DNA from: Cetorhinus maximus
Taxonomy: Eukaryota
DNA length: 64,000 nucleotides
Direction: 5' to 3'
Assembly (NCBI RefSeq): GCF_964194155.1
Contig: NC_135899.1
Span: forward strand, 92,814,001 to 92,878,000
Both the position numbers and the translations under genes were made by a program. This document shows, in pieces, positions 13,883-27,174 of this stretch; the stretch's first letter is position 1, and each line of letters opens with the position of its first letter. Below the pieces are notes generated by a model. The model did not search any database. It was not told where the DNA came from and saw nothing but the letters and a program-made list of their open reading frames with translations.

Positions 13883-15613
13883 GTAAGTTACTTCAATCGA
13901 GTACGACTCGATCAATATGGTGCAGATTTTGGGTAATTTTCTATCATGAAGGAAGTTTAAAATGAAACCTTTCTTTTCGGAACAAATTCCAATTACACAA
14001 TTCTAAATATTTTATGTTGTTTCCTTTCAAGCTTTTTTTCTTCCAATGAATATTGGCTACCCTGGGTGCAGGAGGTTTGAAAATGCATGAAAAATTCGAG
14101 GGCATAAGCTGGGGGTGGAGGGGTCAAAGATAACAAAATGCCTGAGAGGGACAAAGCTGACAATTCCCTCATACAAATGAGGAAATTTGAGTTACGCAGT
14201 AAGCTTTAAAAACTCAATATTTGTAAAAGCAGCTGAGGAGTGAGGGAGCTGAGAAGTTGTACAATTACGAGGACCTGAGAAAGAATGTTAAGAGTAGGAG
14301 ATATTTTAATAAGTCTTGAATTCAACAAGGAACAATGTTAAGGTTGGCATAGCTGTAGTTTAGGAGGAACAACCAGACAATTGTTTAGTTCGAAAGGAGC
14401 AATGAAATGCACTGTGCAGATCAATGGCTCTGGTCCTTAAGGAGGAATTTTTAACTCCTGCGCAGAAAGCACATCTGCTCATTCAGGAGCTGCAGTGAGA
14501 GGTCAGTCCTCATAAACTTTCCACCAGTCAGTCGCCTGCACAAAACGGGCAACTGGCTGGCTTTGGGCCTTTAATTATCAGATGGCTCAGAGTCTGTCAG
14601 GTAAGTCATGGGGCAGTTACAGAGGGTTTTGTGGATGGGAAAGGCCCTATTTGAAGAACTTAGGGGTGTGCTCTGTTTTTCTGGGAAGATAAGTTTTACA
14701 TTATCTTAAGGGGTATTGTATTCAGACTGTGGGTTTGGGCATGAGTCGCAAGCACCCCACTCAATCATTCAAATAATATCAGGGTTGCATTATTTTTATT
14801 TGAAGCCCCTGGTTGAGTCAGGTCAATGCCTCATCTCCCTGAAAAACACCTGCATTGAAAGGTGAATCAAGCTGTAATGGCACTGCTTGAATTTCAATTC
14901 CTCTAGGTGGAAGGAATTAAAATTCCCCTTTAACTTATTATCAACTAAGCCTTGTGATCATAGTTTGAATCATCCTTAGCTCAATGCCGAGGAAGCATTA
15001 ATTTCACATAGATTGTCCCAATGGAGACTAACATCACTGGGATGTGGAAATTCCAGTTGTGCTGGTGCATCAGGCATGTGATTGGGTGGAACTTCAGCCT
15101 GTCAGTCTACTTCATTGCATAAGCTTCCATCTATCGCCTGGGGTTTCCAAAATTTTGGAACAATATCTTGCTGGTAACTTGAGTCAAAGAACAGGTTTTC
15201 ACTCTTTGAGTTGGCACTTTTGGGAAAAGGCATTGTGGGGCCCACGTACAGCAGTTATTCGGGACTTATCTTTGCATCATGCATGCTACTCACTTCATGG
15301 GGCTGGGTGAGATCTGATAGGTAATTCCTCAACCCCCCCCCCACCGGTCCTGCCATCAGTTTCGCTCCTTACTGTAATGTCATGGCTGAGGGGACGAGTG
15401 GGACAAGTATCTATCCCTCCCCTGTCTGCTGTTATAAATATGGGCAGATATCCAATGGAAAGAGCCATTCACCCAAGATTTCCCCACCTCCCCATTACAT
15501 GATATTGGCACCACAAACTGGCTTGCATTTCAAGGGTTATATGTTTACTACGATTCCAATACAGCCACTCTCTGTCAGACGTCCAACATAATATTTTGTT
15601 CTTGTTCCTTCAG

Positions 15614-15669
15614 ACAGAGCTAAAGTGGCCAAGGGTCTACCTGATGTTGTTAACATCATGGAGGACAAG
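15614..15669 (+). CDS. MYOM3: Myomesin-3 exon (NRAKVAKGLPDVVNIMEDK)
   Basis: ttcag acceptor, gtaaag donor; 56 nt; GLPDV and IMEDK motifs. Confidence 0.9.
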
Positions 15670-17419
15670 GTAAAGAATGGAAATATTACTTTACAACAAT
15701 CAAAATTTCATGAAGTATTTTGTACTGCTCATCACAGCCATCATATTTAATGCTAAATATATTTTTTAAAGTTCATTAAGTATTATTGCATTCATTTAGT
15801 ACAGTAACTATTGCCATTAAATGTATACAGGCTACTTTAATTTGTAGTCATTATCAAAAACTGTCATTCCTTAGTATGTATTTAAAGACAACTTTCTAGA
15901 TAGTCTCTGATATTTCATGTACAGTTTATGATTATGCATTAAATTAATGGCTCAATTTTCACCACTGTAAATGCTAACCCATTAATTATTGATTAAACCT
16001 GATCAATTTAACAACTTATTGTTCACTAATTGCTAGAATGCATAACTTACATTTTCTGTTAGTGTTTATTTAACACAGGAGTACAAATCAGGTGGACAGC
16101 CGCAGGTACTGGGATGGAAAGCTGTTACACAGATCTCCAATCAACTTAGCACCCAGCACAATTTTCAGTGTTAATTTGGGGTGGAAACATGCAGTGGGAT
16201 TGTAATAACATCATTTCAGTCTCATTTGGTCCATGTATCTGATTTTGCTAGAGATCTAGATAGCTGTCCTCTTGGTGACGCAGTCGTGTCTAATGAGTTT
16301 GTAGATCCTGCTTTGCTGATGATCTATGAATTCTGATGAATACCTGTGGTAGTCTTGGGTGGCGAGTGGAATTTCTAGCCACTCCATGTCTGTGCCCGTG
16401 TTTCAGAGGCTAGGATGTAACCACTGCACTTTCCCTGGAGTGATTTTGCTACCCATATTAGTCAAAGGTTTTCTCAACAATTTCAGGTTAAAAGCGACAG
16501 ATTCAAATCTGCCACTTTCCCAATGGCAACCAATCACTCTGAGATTACAGCTGGTCCCAATTTTGCCAGGGTTGGGTCTCAAATTCCTTTTTCAGCTGCC
16601 TAATGCAGATGTATGTAATGTTAGGAGAGAGATAGAGTGAATGGGAATTCCAGCTGTACCACCTCTATGACAAAAAGTGACCACTCCCACCTTCAGCAGA
16701 ATTTGGCACAAGTTAAATAAAATGTAATCCGGTCCCATTCCAAATTCCTTCCTCACCCACCGAGATGTACTGGAACAGGGGAATTTTGAGGTTTTTTTGT
16801 ATATAATTTTCATTTCCAATTCCTGGATCACTATCTAATTTCACTGACATTCTACTAGTGATTATTATAACAGTGATTGCTGTAACTTTTCTAGTCTGTT
16901 TCTGTATAATATTTACCTGCAGTTTAATGCTGTATTTTCTACTTTAATGCAATCTGAGCGCATTGTAACCTGGGGCCTGGTGATTTTCGGGGCCAGGTTA
17001 TTTTGCATATATAAGAATGGCAGCAGCATAGCCAGGAGCCTGGGAACTGTCCCAGAGTCCACCAGCAAAGAATTAACATTTGTGTTTAAATAATTCTTTA
17101 TCCTATGCAATATAACTCAGTACAATCAACTGTACAGGCCAAGACAGCCTTAATTGTTTAAATCATTCCACAAGCATAGAAACCTTGGATATAAGAGACA
17201 CATGGGTGTTCCTGGGTCCTATTATCAGATGCCATGTTTGCTGTCATTTACCTGCCATTACAACCTGCTCACCTATATCTGGGCAAATAAATTGCAAATC
17301 CCTCAACATTTCCATCAAAAAATCCTTGTTAATTGTGAGAATTAGTTCAATATGCAGGGTAGGAGCAATTTTGAATCATTCATTAAACATGAAATTATTA
17401 AACATTTAGATGAAAGAGA

Positions 17420-18820
17420 AAATTATTAGGAGCAGACAACTTGGGTTTCATCAATAGAGGTCATGCTGAACTAACCTGATAGAGAGAGTTCGTTGAGAAG
17501 GAACAGATATTGTAGATGGGGTAAAATGCAGTAGATGTGGTGTACATGGACTTTCAGAAAGACTTTGACAAGGTACCACACAGGAGACTACCGGAGAAGA
17601 TTAAGCTGCATGGAATTAGTGTAGTTTGGGCTGGGGATGTAGTGGGTGTGTTGCAATTTGGATTAAAAACTGGTTAGAATGGAAGGAACCAAAATTAGGA
17701 GTTAAGGACAGTAACTCAGAATAATAGGAATCAAGTCTCAATGTGTTGTGTTCTGAGCTACCTTTGTACACTGTGTATCTCAATGGTTTGGATGTAGGGC
17801 TAAAGAAAGTGGTGTTCAAATGTGCAGACAATGCTAAAATAGGAGGCGAAGTAAATAATACTGAGGACCAAAGAGAACTGAAAAGGGATATTGATAAGCT
17901 GGTGAAATGCATACAGTTTTGGGCTTCACACCATAGGAAGGATGTTGAGCCATTAGACACAGCACAATACAGATGGTTGTTATGAGTGTTTAGTATTAAG
18001 AATTTTAAACCAAGCCAACTTGCCCAGAATTGAGGGGCGAATCACTCACCACCAGCTCTGCTGGACAGGACATGCCGCTTGTACGCCTGACACCAGAATC
18101 CCAAAGCAACTGCACTACTCGGAACTCGGTCGCAACAGGAGACTCCCAGGAGGACAGCAGAAATGCTTTAGGGATGTCCTCGAAGCATCCCTGAAGAGGT
18201 CAAATATCCCCACTGGCTCATGGGAGTCCCTGGCTTGTGACCGACCAAAATGGAGAAGGCTTATTTGAGAAGGCATTGAGCACATTGAGACAATCCATTG
18301 GGATTGTGCAGAGGCAAAGTCAAGGTGTCAGAGAGAGTGCACAAACCTTCAAACAACCCATCTACCCAAACCTTCAAACACCACCTGCCCACATGTGGCA
18401 GAGTCTGCAGATCACACATCGGACTCATCAGCCGTTTCTCACAGCCCATTGAACCAGAGCGGAAGCAAGTCATCCTCGATCCAAAGGGACCACCTAAGAA
18501 GGAGTAGTTTAGAATTATGAAGGATATGGAAACAGATGGTTTCCAGTGATTGAGAAATTCAGAACAAGAGGACATAAAAGTCAAATTAAATGTAAGCAAT
18601 TTAGGACAGAACAGAGGGGTGTGAAATGCACCGTCAGAGTTAATAGTTGAAGCAAAGATTATATTAATATTTTAGAATAGGTTATGTAGACGGTTGACAG
18701 AAAGGGGAAATAATTGGGTATTTGAACAGGATAGATAAGTGGGATTAAGAATATTGCTGTTGAGGAGAATTAAGCGCAACACTGACTGGTGGGGCCAGAT
18801 GGCCTGTTTCCATGTTTTGA
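17420..18820 (+). mobile_element. Old CR1 remnant with an internal deletion, interrupted by an RTE
   Basis: YMDFQKDFDKV-like and ADNAKIGG-like fragments; degenerate 3' end near 18800. Confidence 0.75.
18005..18505 (+). mobile_element. RTE-clade (BovB-like) LINE 3' fragment
   Basis: QLCWTGH...RIPKQLHYSEL...GGQQKCFRD...WESLACDRPKWR followed by a CGRVCRSHIGL zinc-finger-like motif. Confidence 0.82.
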
Positions 18821-18832
18821 TTCTTATACAAG

Positions 18833-19565
18833 GGCCGGAATCTTCCATTCTGGAGTCTAAGTTTAATGGGAGGCACAGAAGTGGGAGTGATTTCTGCTGT
18901 GGGTTGGGACTGCTGACCAGACGTGATCTTGCACTGTTCAGCTCATTACATATGCATCCAGGAGGAGCTCGCCATTTTGCCATTTCTCGCGGAGGAAGGA
19001 GGAAGTCGCTGTTGCCGCCATTATCTCATAGGGTCGAAGGTCCGGGTGCCACATTTAAAGGGCAGCCTACACCATCCCTTCCATCTTTGCCTGGCCCACC
19101 CTTCCCCACTAATCCTTCCTCCCTTCCTTGGTCATCCTCCACTCAACTTGTGCTGCCACCACCCGGTCTCAAGCACAGTCTGGCATTTACAGAAACGCCC
19201 AAAGAGGGCAACGCAGCAGCAACTCACTGTTAATCATGGAAGAACTCTAACTCCCGAGATGAGCTACCTCCCCATTATTTGCAGTTGTAAAAGTGAACAT
19301 TCTAATTTCTCGCTGGCGGGGAACTTAATTTGGAGGGAGGACTGAAGTCCAGCTAAGTTGCCTTTTAATGACCATGCATTACATGCTAACGCATGCAAAG
19401 GGACTTTCTGACATTGTTCATCAGGATGCTGAACCCTCCTTTAACCCACCTTTAAAGTCCCGAGAACAGAATTGTTAAAGTCCATCCCACCGTCGGGAAA
19501 CTGATTTTTGGCCTCCCGCTAAATTAAGTTCTCTCTACTGCTGGTGGGACTGGAAGATTCTGCCC
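18833..19565. mobile_element. Non-autonomous Harbinger (MITE) related to the 36193-43165 element
   Basis: TIRs GGCCGGAATCTTCCA / TGGAAGATTCTGCCC; the left ~230 bp and right ~290 bp align by eye with the two ends of the large element. Confidence 0.78.
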
Positions 19566-19952
19566 AATGTGACAGGAAAGCAGGAAGCCTACAGAGCAGC
19601 CACTAAAGAATATTGAATACATTAACCATGATACTGTGTGGCTCCATTGGGGTATCAAAGAAACACGAATGGAAAATCCTGCCGTAACAGTGCAATTTGT
19701 TTAGCATAACAAACAAAAGAGATGAAAAGAATCTATGCAGAAAGAGACAGTCTGAGGGAGTCAAATAGGTGTCAAAATGAAGAGAGGTAATAATAAAAGA
19801 GCAATAAGAAGAAGAAAGCAAAAACTTTTTACAAGTGGGATTTATTTTGGTGGAAATGTCAGGTTTTCAAATTGCAGTGGAATCCTTTGCTCATGATTGA
19901 TTTGACTTTGCAGATAAAGTGCCAACTGCGATGTGACAAAGTTTTAAAATAG

Positions 19953-20318
<366 letters not shown>

Positions 20319-22338
20319 TTTCTCGATGAAAAGCCTTCAGGTCCCAGATTTATAACAACACTACATTGAGGATAAAAGGTTCACTAGCAAACATTTTTTT
20401 TGTGAAATATTCTGAGTTCCAGAAAACAATATTATAGTTTGTGGTGCTATTAGTGCTTTAATTTAAAGGCAATATGGATATTTGCAGTTAGGCCTTTGAG
20501 TGCGATAATAATCACTTTGAAGAAGAAATGGAAATCCGTATCTTCAAGAAGGTGACGGGAGACAACAATTAGGAAAATCTAGGAAGTGAGGCATAAGCTC
20601 AGGGTCTGCGGCAGAATAATTTCATTCTTGGAGTAAAAGACCTTTGGAGAAATCAATCAAACCTGTTTCAAAAGACAATTGGACACTTTCAGAAGAGAGA
20701 AGACACTAAGGTTCAGTGAGAAAGCAACGAATTTGGAGGGTAGGGGGTGGGAGGGTGGATGGCGGGGGCTTTGGGTAGATGTGCCAAATAGGGATATTAG
20801 GTCCAAAGACATTTTCTTGCTGTTAACAATTTATATGCTCTTATCTACCTCCCCCTTTTCCAAACCATAGTAGGCACTTTATCACCTTTATAACCTGAGC
20901 ATTGTGAATCACTTGGCCAAAGCACAGAAAAGAAAATCTGATGGAAAGGATCACATGCTCCTTTAGTACTTGCTGGAGTTTCCTTCCCTTGTCCTAGTTC
21001 CTGCTGCATTTGTTGCTGTGAAAATGAAGTGATGATGTAGGGGCAATATTGCAGGCCAGGAAAGAACCACAGAATGGGGCTAAAATAGAGCTGTGTTCCC
21101 AAACTCAAGAGGTAGAAATGAGCCACACTCCTTGCTCTCTTTAGCAGCTCAGTAAACCCTACTGGAAATGCTGTGTGTGGGTGTCAAGTAAGGACATACT
21201 GGCCTTTGCTCTAATGTGCCTCAAGTTTAAATGCTTGTGGTCTGTCTGAGCTTACATTAACTTCTCTAGTGGTTTCTTTCAATAAGCCAGTTAATTTCTA
21301 TTATATAAATTTATGGCATTCAATGTTGGAAATTTATTTTAAACATATGTGCCACATAATGTTAAAAAGTATCACTAATACTGACATGATGGGTGGGACA
21401 CAGATCTTTATCTCTGGGATCTACATTAAAATGCAGCCCAGATTGATGGGATGAAAATTTCCTTTGTCGGCTGGTTGTTAGAATTCTACAGCAAATATGT
21501 TTAAATGGGTCTCAGTTCAGTTCCTAGTGTGCATGAGCCTGAAACACAATGTGGCCCTATGTTATCAATCCCCAGCTAACACTGATTTAGGGACTGGAAC
21601 TAGATTATACTAATGTAGTGCATCGTATTCATTAGGGCTGGGGGCTGAGGCATATTTTTGGGCAGAATGCTGGATACTCTATCCAACCCAGCTATACATG
21701 ACCTGGGAATGCTGGTACCGAAAGTGGGTGCGATAGAGAAAGTGCTTCATTCTCCAACATGAAAGCCCTTCACCCTTGATCACAATAACTCATATAAAAC
21801 ATGATGGAAATATTAGTCAAGTTCAGATTACAGTGTTAAACATCCAGAGTGTCGTGCATAAAAGCAGTTTCATAGTTCAGAGCTAGCCAAAACCTCATCG
21901 TTTGTTTTTCATTCACTCATGGTATGTGGGCGTTGCTGCCTAGGCCAGCATTTATTGCCTATCCCTAATTACCCTTGAGAAGGTGGTGGTGAGCTGCCTC
22001 CTTGAACCGCTGCAGTCCATGTGGTGTAGGTACATCCCTCGTGCTGATAGGAAGTGAGTTCCAGGATTTGACCCAGCGAACGGGTGTGAACAGGTTTTAA
22101 ATGAAGGGATTCCCCTTGACAATTATTCTGGACAAATTTTCAACTTCAAACATCTAGAAACAGCCAAATCACGTAAATTATCTGCTGTATAATTAGAGAT
22201 ATGGTTTTGCACCATAATTACAGCGCTCCTTACTTCTGCTACTGACTCATTTTTATGAATGAAGTTGTTTTAGAAATTGATTGATTTGATTTGTCATTAT
22301 TCAAATGTGATTGTTGCTGATTTGTTATAAGCCACAGT

Positions 22339-22467
22339 AATAAAGTTGGAAATGATTTCTGTTCCTCACTAATTACTGATATTATTAAGTTTTGCTAAGT
22401 ACCCATTCTATGATGTGTTTACAGAATCTTTTTGAACTTACTTCTGACATTGCTAGTTGATAATAAA
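22339..22467 (+). terminator. Candidate MYOM3 polyadenylation signals
   Basis: AATAAA at 22339-22344 and 22462-22467 in AT-rich sequence ~2 kb after the stop codon; usage untested. Confidence 0.4.
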
Positions 22468-24174
22468 AAGATAAACCATATCTGTAATTTCCTAGCTACT
22501 TTGGAGTAAAATTTCTTTCATTGTTTATCGTTGGTGGGAACAGTCGGCAGGACCCCCAAAATAGGTTCCCCCACATCATCGTTCCCCACCCACTCCCACC
22601 CCGGAAAGTCTGGGGACCTGGGGGTGCAGCTGATCTTATTGGCTGGGCCTCATTTAGATAAACATTTCAGGAGTCCAGTCCCAACTCAGCTAGATTCACT
22701 AGCTGGCTGGTGGGCAGGAGGGGGAATTTGGGGATTGGAGGCTCCCCTGCAGTCTCCTGCAGCCAATGGGAGGGAGGGTCTGGAGCGATTGTGACAGGAG
22801 CATTGCAGAAGGAATTGGGGTGGTTTATTGCAAAGGTGCTCGAGAGAGGCGGGGCACCCCATGGGCATCCTGTGAGGTCTAGGGGAGAGCAATCCTCCTG
22901 ACCCACCAGGAGTTCTGGCATTTTTAAAAACTTACCTTGGCCTCTTCAGGCCAATGGTTCAGCAATTGGGTTCCAGACAGTGCAGGACTCTCCCAGACTG
23001 GATGTTAAAATCATGTGATGGCCACTTTGACATTAAATTAGGTCCCCGCCTGCCTGTACTGGGAGCCTCAATCGACTTGGAAGTCAGCAAAGACAGACAA
23101 AGCAAGAACAAGGTAATGTAACACCCCCTCACACACCATTCTCACTGGATACGGGGTGGTGCTTAACCAGTCTCCCTCATTGCAGCAGTAACCTCCAGTT
23201 AAACCCACAAGGAAATGAATGAGAAAGCAGATCAGCCACATAAATTATATGAAAGAAAGCAGAGGTACACTCAGATTTGGCTGGACTTTTTGTGTTTATT
23301 ACCTTACATTGGAAACTTAAGAATGTTGATTCAACCTGCATTGTTAAAAGTTCATTTGAATCCATGCTGAGAAAATGCTACAATTCTGTTGTAGGAATAA
23401 CATTTATTCACTTTCTTGCTCCAGTTATTAAATGCTGCATGCCTCATAAATCTCCTGTAATATGAGTCAAACATTACTGGAGATCTATGTTGCCTGACCA
23501 GCCAAGCCTTTCAGAGACCAGGCCAATAAATTTCATCCTGGCACATTACCAAACCTTTAATCCAATGGTCCTGGCAGGCTATAAAGATTTAAATGCTCTA
23601 ATGCTTCAAAGAGCACTTCATCAGAGCCTTGTACTAAAAGGCAGTGTTGTGTGGCTGAATATATTCGTTTTAAAATGTACAGAAGGTGTTCTGTTGAGTA
23701 GAAAGTGTGGTCATAAATTTGCAAGCTTGAATGAAGCAGAGCTGGAATGTGAATCGCTAGGTGAAACATTCACTGCAGAAGTTTTAATGCCAAGGAAAAC
23801 TTGATCAGACTAATAACGATTTGGTTCTTGACCAAGAATGCTGCATGCTTCCACTGATGCAATGCCAAAGTTTTCCAGTTTAGTACAGATTTACTGCAAT
23901 ATCAAGGTACTTCTGGGCAAAGGTCTGAATAGTTCTTTTTTATTCATTCACAGGATGTAAGTGTCGTTGGCATTTATTGCCCAACCCTATACATCTGAAT
24001 TATTTGCAGCGTAATATCATTGCTGTGGGTCTGGAGTCCGTTTTGGCCAGACCAGGTATAGACAGCAGATTTCCTTCCCTAAAGGATATCCGTGAACCAG
24101 ATAGGTTTCTATGACAAAAGCAAAATACTGCGGATGCTGGAAATCTAGAACAAAAACAAAAAATACCTGGAAAA

Positions 24175-24212
24175 ACTCTGATGAAGGATCATACGGACTC
24201 GAAACGTCAACT
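24175..24212 (+). ncRNA. Hammerhead-like motif, second copy
   Basis: CUGAUGA-A-GGAUC-auacg-GACUC-GAAA-CGUC; stem II has a mismatch and stem I is weak. Confidence 0.5.
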
Positions 24213-24576
24213 GTATCCCTCTCCGCAAATGCTGTCAGACCTGCTGAGTTTTTCCAGGTTTCTGTGACAATCTGGTCACAGTTACTTTTCTTAATTGTTC
24301 ATGAGATCTCGGTTTCGCTGCAAGGTCAAGGCTTATTGCACTTGAAAAGGCTCAAGCTGATACTTGCTCTTTGATATTCCAGATTTTTTTTAAACTAAAT
24401 TTATATTCTGCCAGTGTGGGATTTGAACTTGCATGTTTTGAATTACTGGTCCAGAAATGTAATCACTACACAACACAATCCCCTGAAAGCTAATGGGTAA
24501 AAACTTCTATCGTAAACGAAAACAGAAAATGCTGGAAAAACTCAGCAGGCCTAGCAGCATCTGTGAAGAGAGAAAC

Positions 24577-24618
24577 AGAGTGAACGTTTCGAGTCCGTAT
24601 GACCCTTCTTCAGACTCT
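24577..24618 (-). ncRNA. Minimal type I hammerhead ribozyme motif (Penelope-derived)
   Basis: AGAGU-CUGAAGA-A-GGGUC-auacg-GACUC-GAAA-CGUU-C-ACUCU: catalytic core boxes, 5-bp stem II and 5-bp stem I. Confidence 0.65.
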
Positions 24619-24935
24619 TCTTCATTAAAAACTTCTAGCTGAGTTTCAATATGGACAATTGTAGTTACTTACTATAAACTGGGGATTACAGTAAGAATGG
24701 AAAGATAACAGATTTATGGCAATCAAGAGTCTGTTTGTCCACAGTTTCCTACTAAGTTTATCTGAGTCCCTAGTTTTTTTGTTGGTGTAAGTCCTGGACA
24801 AAGGAAGAATAAGATAAAGCCGATTAAGTATAAGCAGGGGAATTAAGTGAAACAAAAGGCCAAAGGCAAAAGTTTAATAAAGGTTTCACTATTAACTTTA
24901 AGTTCAATAGCTCACACCTTTCACTGTCTGTCTCT

Positions 24936-26212
24936 GGCCGGGATTTTCCGTGCCCGTCAGCGTCTGGTTTGTTTGGTGTCGAGAGTGGACAATATGGCGC
25001 GATCAGTTTCATGACAACGTGAAACCAGTTTGCGATCGTCTGCTCAGTCCGCCGCTGGCAGGCCACGTTCTCAGCTATCGGACGTCAGAAACCTCATTGT
25101 AATGCATCATGTCATTATTAGGCCTGCCCAGCCCACTGGATCCTCCGCCCACGTCCGGAGGAAAACACGTTCACGTGTTTCACAACGGCACATAAGTGAC
25201 ATGCACCTGGAAGGCTGCACTTCCCTCAGGACTTCGAGGTTTGTTTGCCTACCTTGCTTCGGGCAGCACTCACAGTCATCAGCGCCAGGCTTCACAGACA
25301 GCACCTCTTCACTGTTAGGGGGGGTGCTCACGGGCAGGTCTCTACCTACCAAGTCAGCCATATGTGGGTGGCTTTTCAATGGCTGTAGGGCTAGGGCTTA
25401 CTTGGGGAAGGGGGAGAAGTGCCCTCTGGCAAGGGGGAGAAGTGGCCTCTGGCAAGGGAAGAGGCTGCAGGGCGAGGGCTGTACTGAGGATGGAGGGTAT
25501 CCCAGAGTGTGTGTGGGGGGCACATGTTAATCTGTGCAAGTCGCCTTGAGATGGTGAGGGCTGAGGACGCATCTCCAGAGGAGATGAGGCCAGGTGTAGA
25601 TGTGAGGGTATGTGTGTGAGAATGGGTGGTGATGTCCCTTGAGCTGGCAGTGAGTGAGATACTAGTGAATGTTAATGGTTTGAGTGTGTGAGTTTAGAGT
25701 GATAAGATGGTTGCCATACCCTAGCTGCACAGATGAGATCATTCACCCTCTATCTGCATTGGATGGCCAACCTCTTGTGTGCAGTATTGGCGCTGACCAC
25801 CACTGCCATCACCTACCAAGCCTGGTTGGTCACGTGGCTGCACATCCTGTGGCCAGAGCGGGAATAGAGGACACTGTGGTGGGCCTCCACGGCATCCAAA
25901 AGGCGTTCCAGTGATGCATCACTAAACCTGGGGGCTGCAGTCTTTTTGCCTTTTGTGGACATCTTCTCTGCAGTAGTCGTGGCCTGGAAGCACTGAGATG
26001 TGTGTGTGCGGCTGGACTATAAACATGGCGCCTGGTGATGAAGCAGCGAGGTGATGGTGGGCAGGCAAATGACAACTGCCCACCCGCCATCAAAACAGCA
26101 TGTTTCCTGGGAATGCATAAATAATGTGGTGGGATTGGGACGATATAGCGTGAAAATGTTATTTTACCCACTCGCTACCGCACTTAGTGCAAAATCTGGG
26201 ACAATTTCGCCC
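24936..26212. mobile_element. Non-autonomous Harbinger, second family, with a Myb-like remnant
   Basis: GGCCGGGATTTTCC ... GGACAATTTCGCCC termini with a 3-bp TCT TSD; minus strand ~25720-25935 reads APRFSDASLERLLDAVEA...AIQCR.RVNDL. Confidence 0.8.
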
Positions 26213-27174
26213 TCTATCTTTAAATGCAGTGGAAGGTGACCCCACTTCTTTCAACATTTTGCACTTAACCTGTAGGATTTTGACTCATAAGGTTATTCAC
26301 CCAGAATACAGATTATATTAAGCAATCAGAGACCTTTGTAGCAGACCATTTACTTAAACTTGGCTTCAGTACCAGGTAAAAGACATTAGGAAATAAAAGA
26401 TATTAACTTCAATGGTAAGGAACCTAATTGATTAAATACCACTTTCTATACTATCCATTAGAAAAATAAATATTTAACATCAAGGGATGATTCTTTATAA
26501 GAAATGCTTAATACACGCCGCGAATAATCCAGTTACAAAAAAAAACTTCATTTCCGTCACTGGTTCTCTTGCACAGTGTGTTCAAACCTGTGAATTACAA
26601 TTTAAACCACTGAGAAACTCTGCATCAAATACTCATCAATGGTCCTTCAAAGATTTCCTTGATATGTGCCTTATTGCTGAAGCCATTTATAGGTTCATTA
26701 TGTTCAATTCAAAAGCACAATACAACAATTTGCATTCATGTAGGAAAACATTCCAAAGTTCTGTACAGGAGGTTAGTCAGACATAAACTGACATTGAGCC
26801 AAAGAAGAGGATGATAGGATGGGTGACCAAAAGCCTGGTGAAAAGGTTTTCAGAAAGGTCTTAAAGTGGGAGAAAGAGGTAGAAAGGCAGTGCGGTCACT
26901 GGGGGAATTTCAGAGTCTAGGGTCTAGATACCTGAAGGCTTCACAACCAATAGTGGAACTAAATGAATGGGCAATGCCCCAGGGGCCAGTTTAGGAGGAA
27001 CACAGGGTTCTTGGAGGGTTGTAAGGCTGCAGGAGGCTACAGAGATACAGAGGTGAGGCCATGGAGGGATATGAACACACGAGTGGTAATTTTGAAATCA
27101 ATATGTCAGTGGACTGGGAGTAGTGTTGGTCAGTAAGCACAAAGGTGATGAGCAAGCAGAACTCAATACAGGTC

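Noticed and set aside
22503-23160. GC-rich segment with several short ORFs (similar segment at ~55540-56048)
   Set aside because: Probably degraded MITE copies; termini could not be fixed and there is no credible coding signal.
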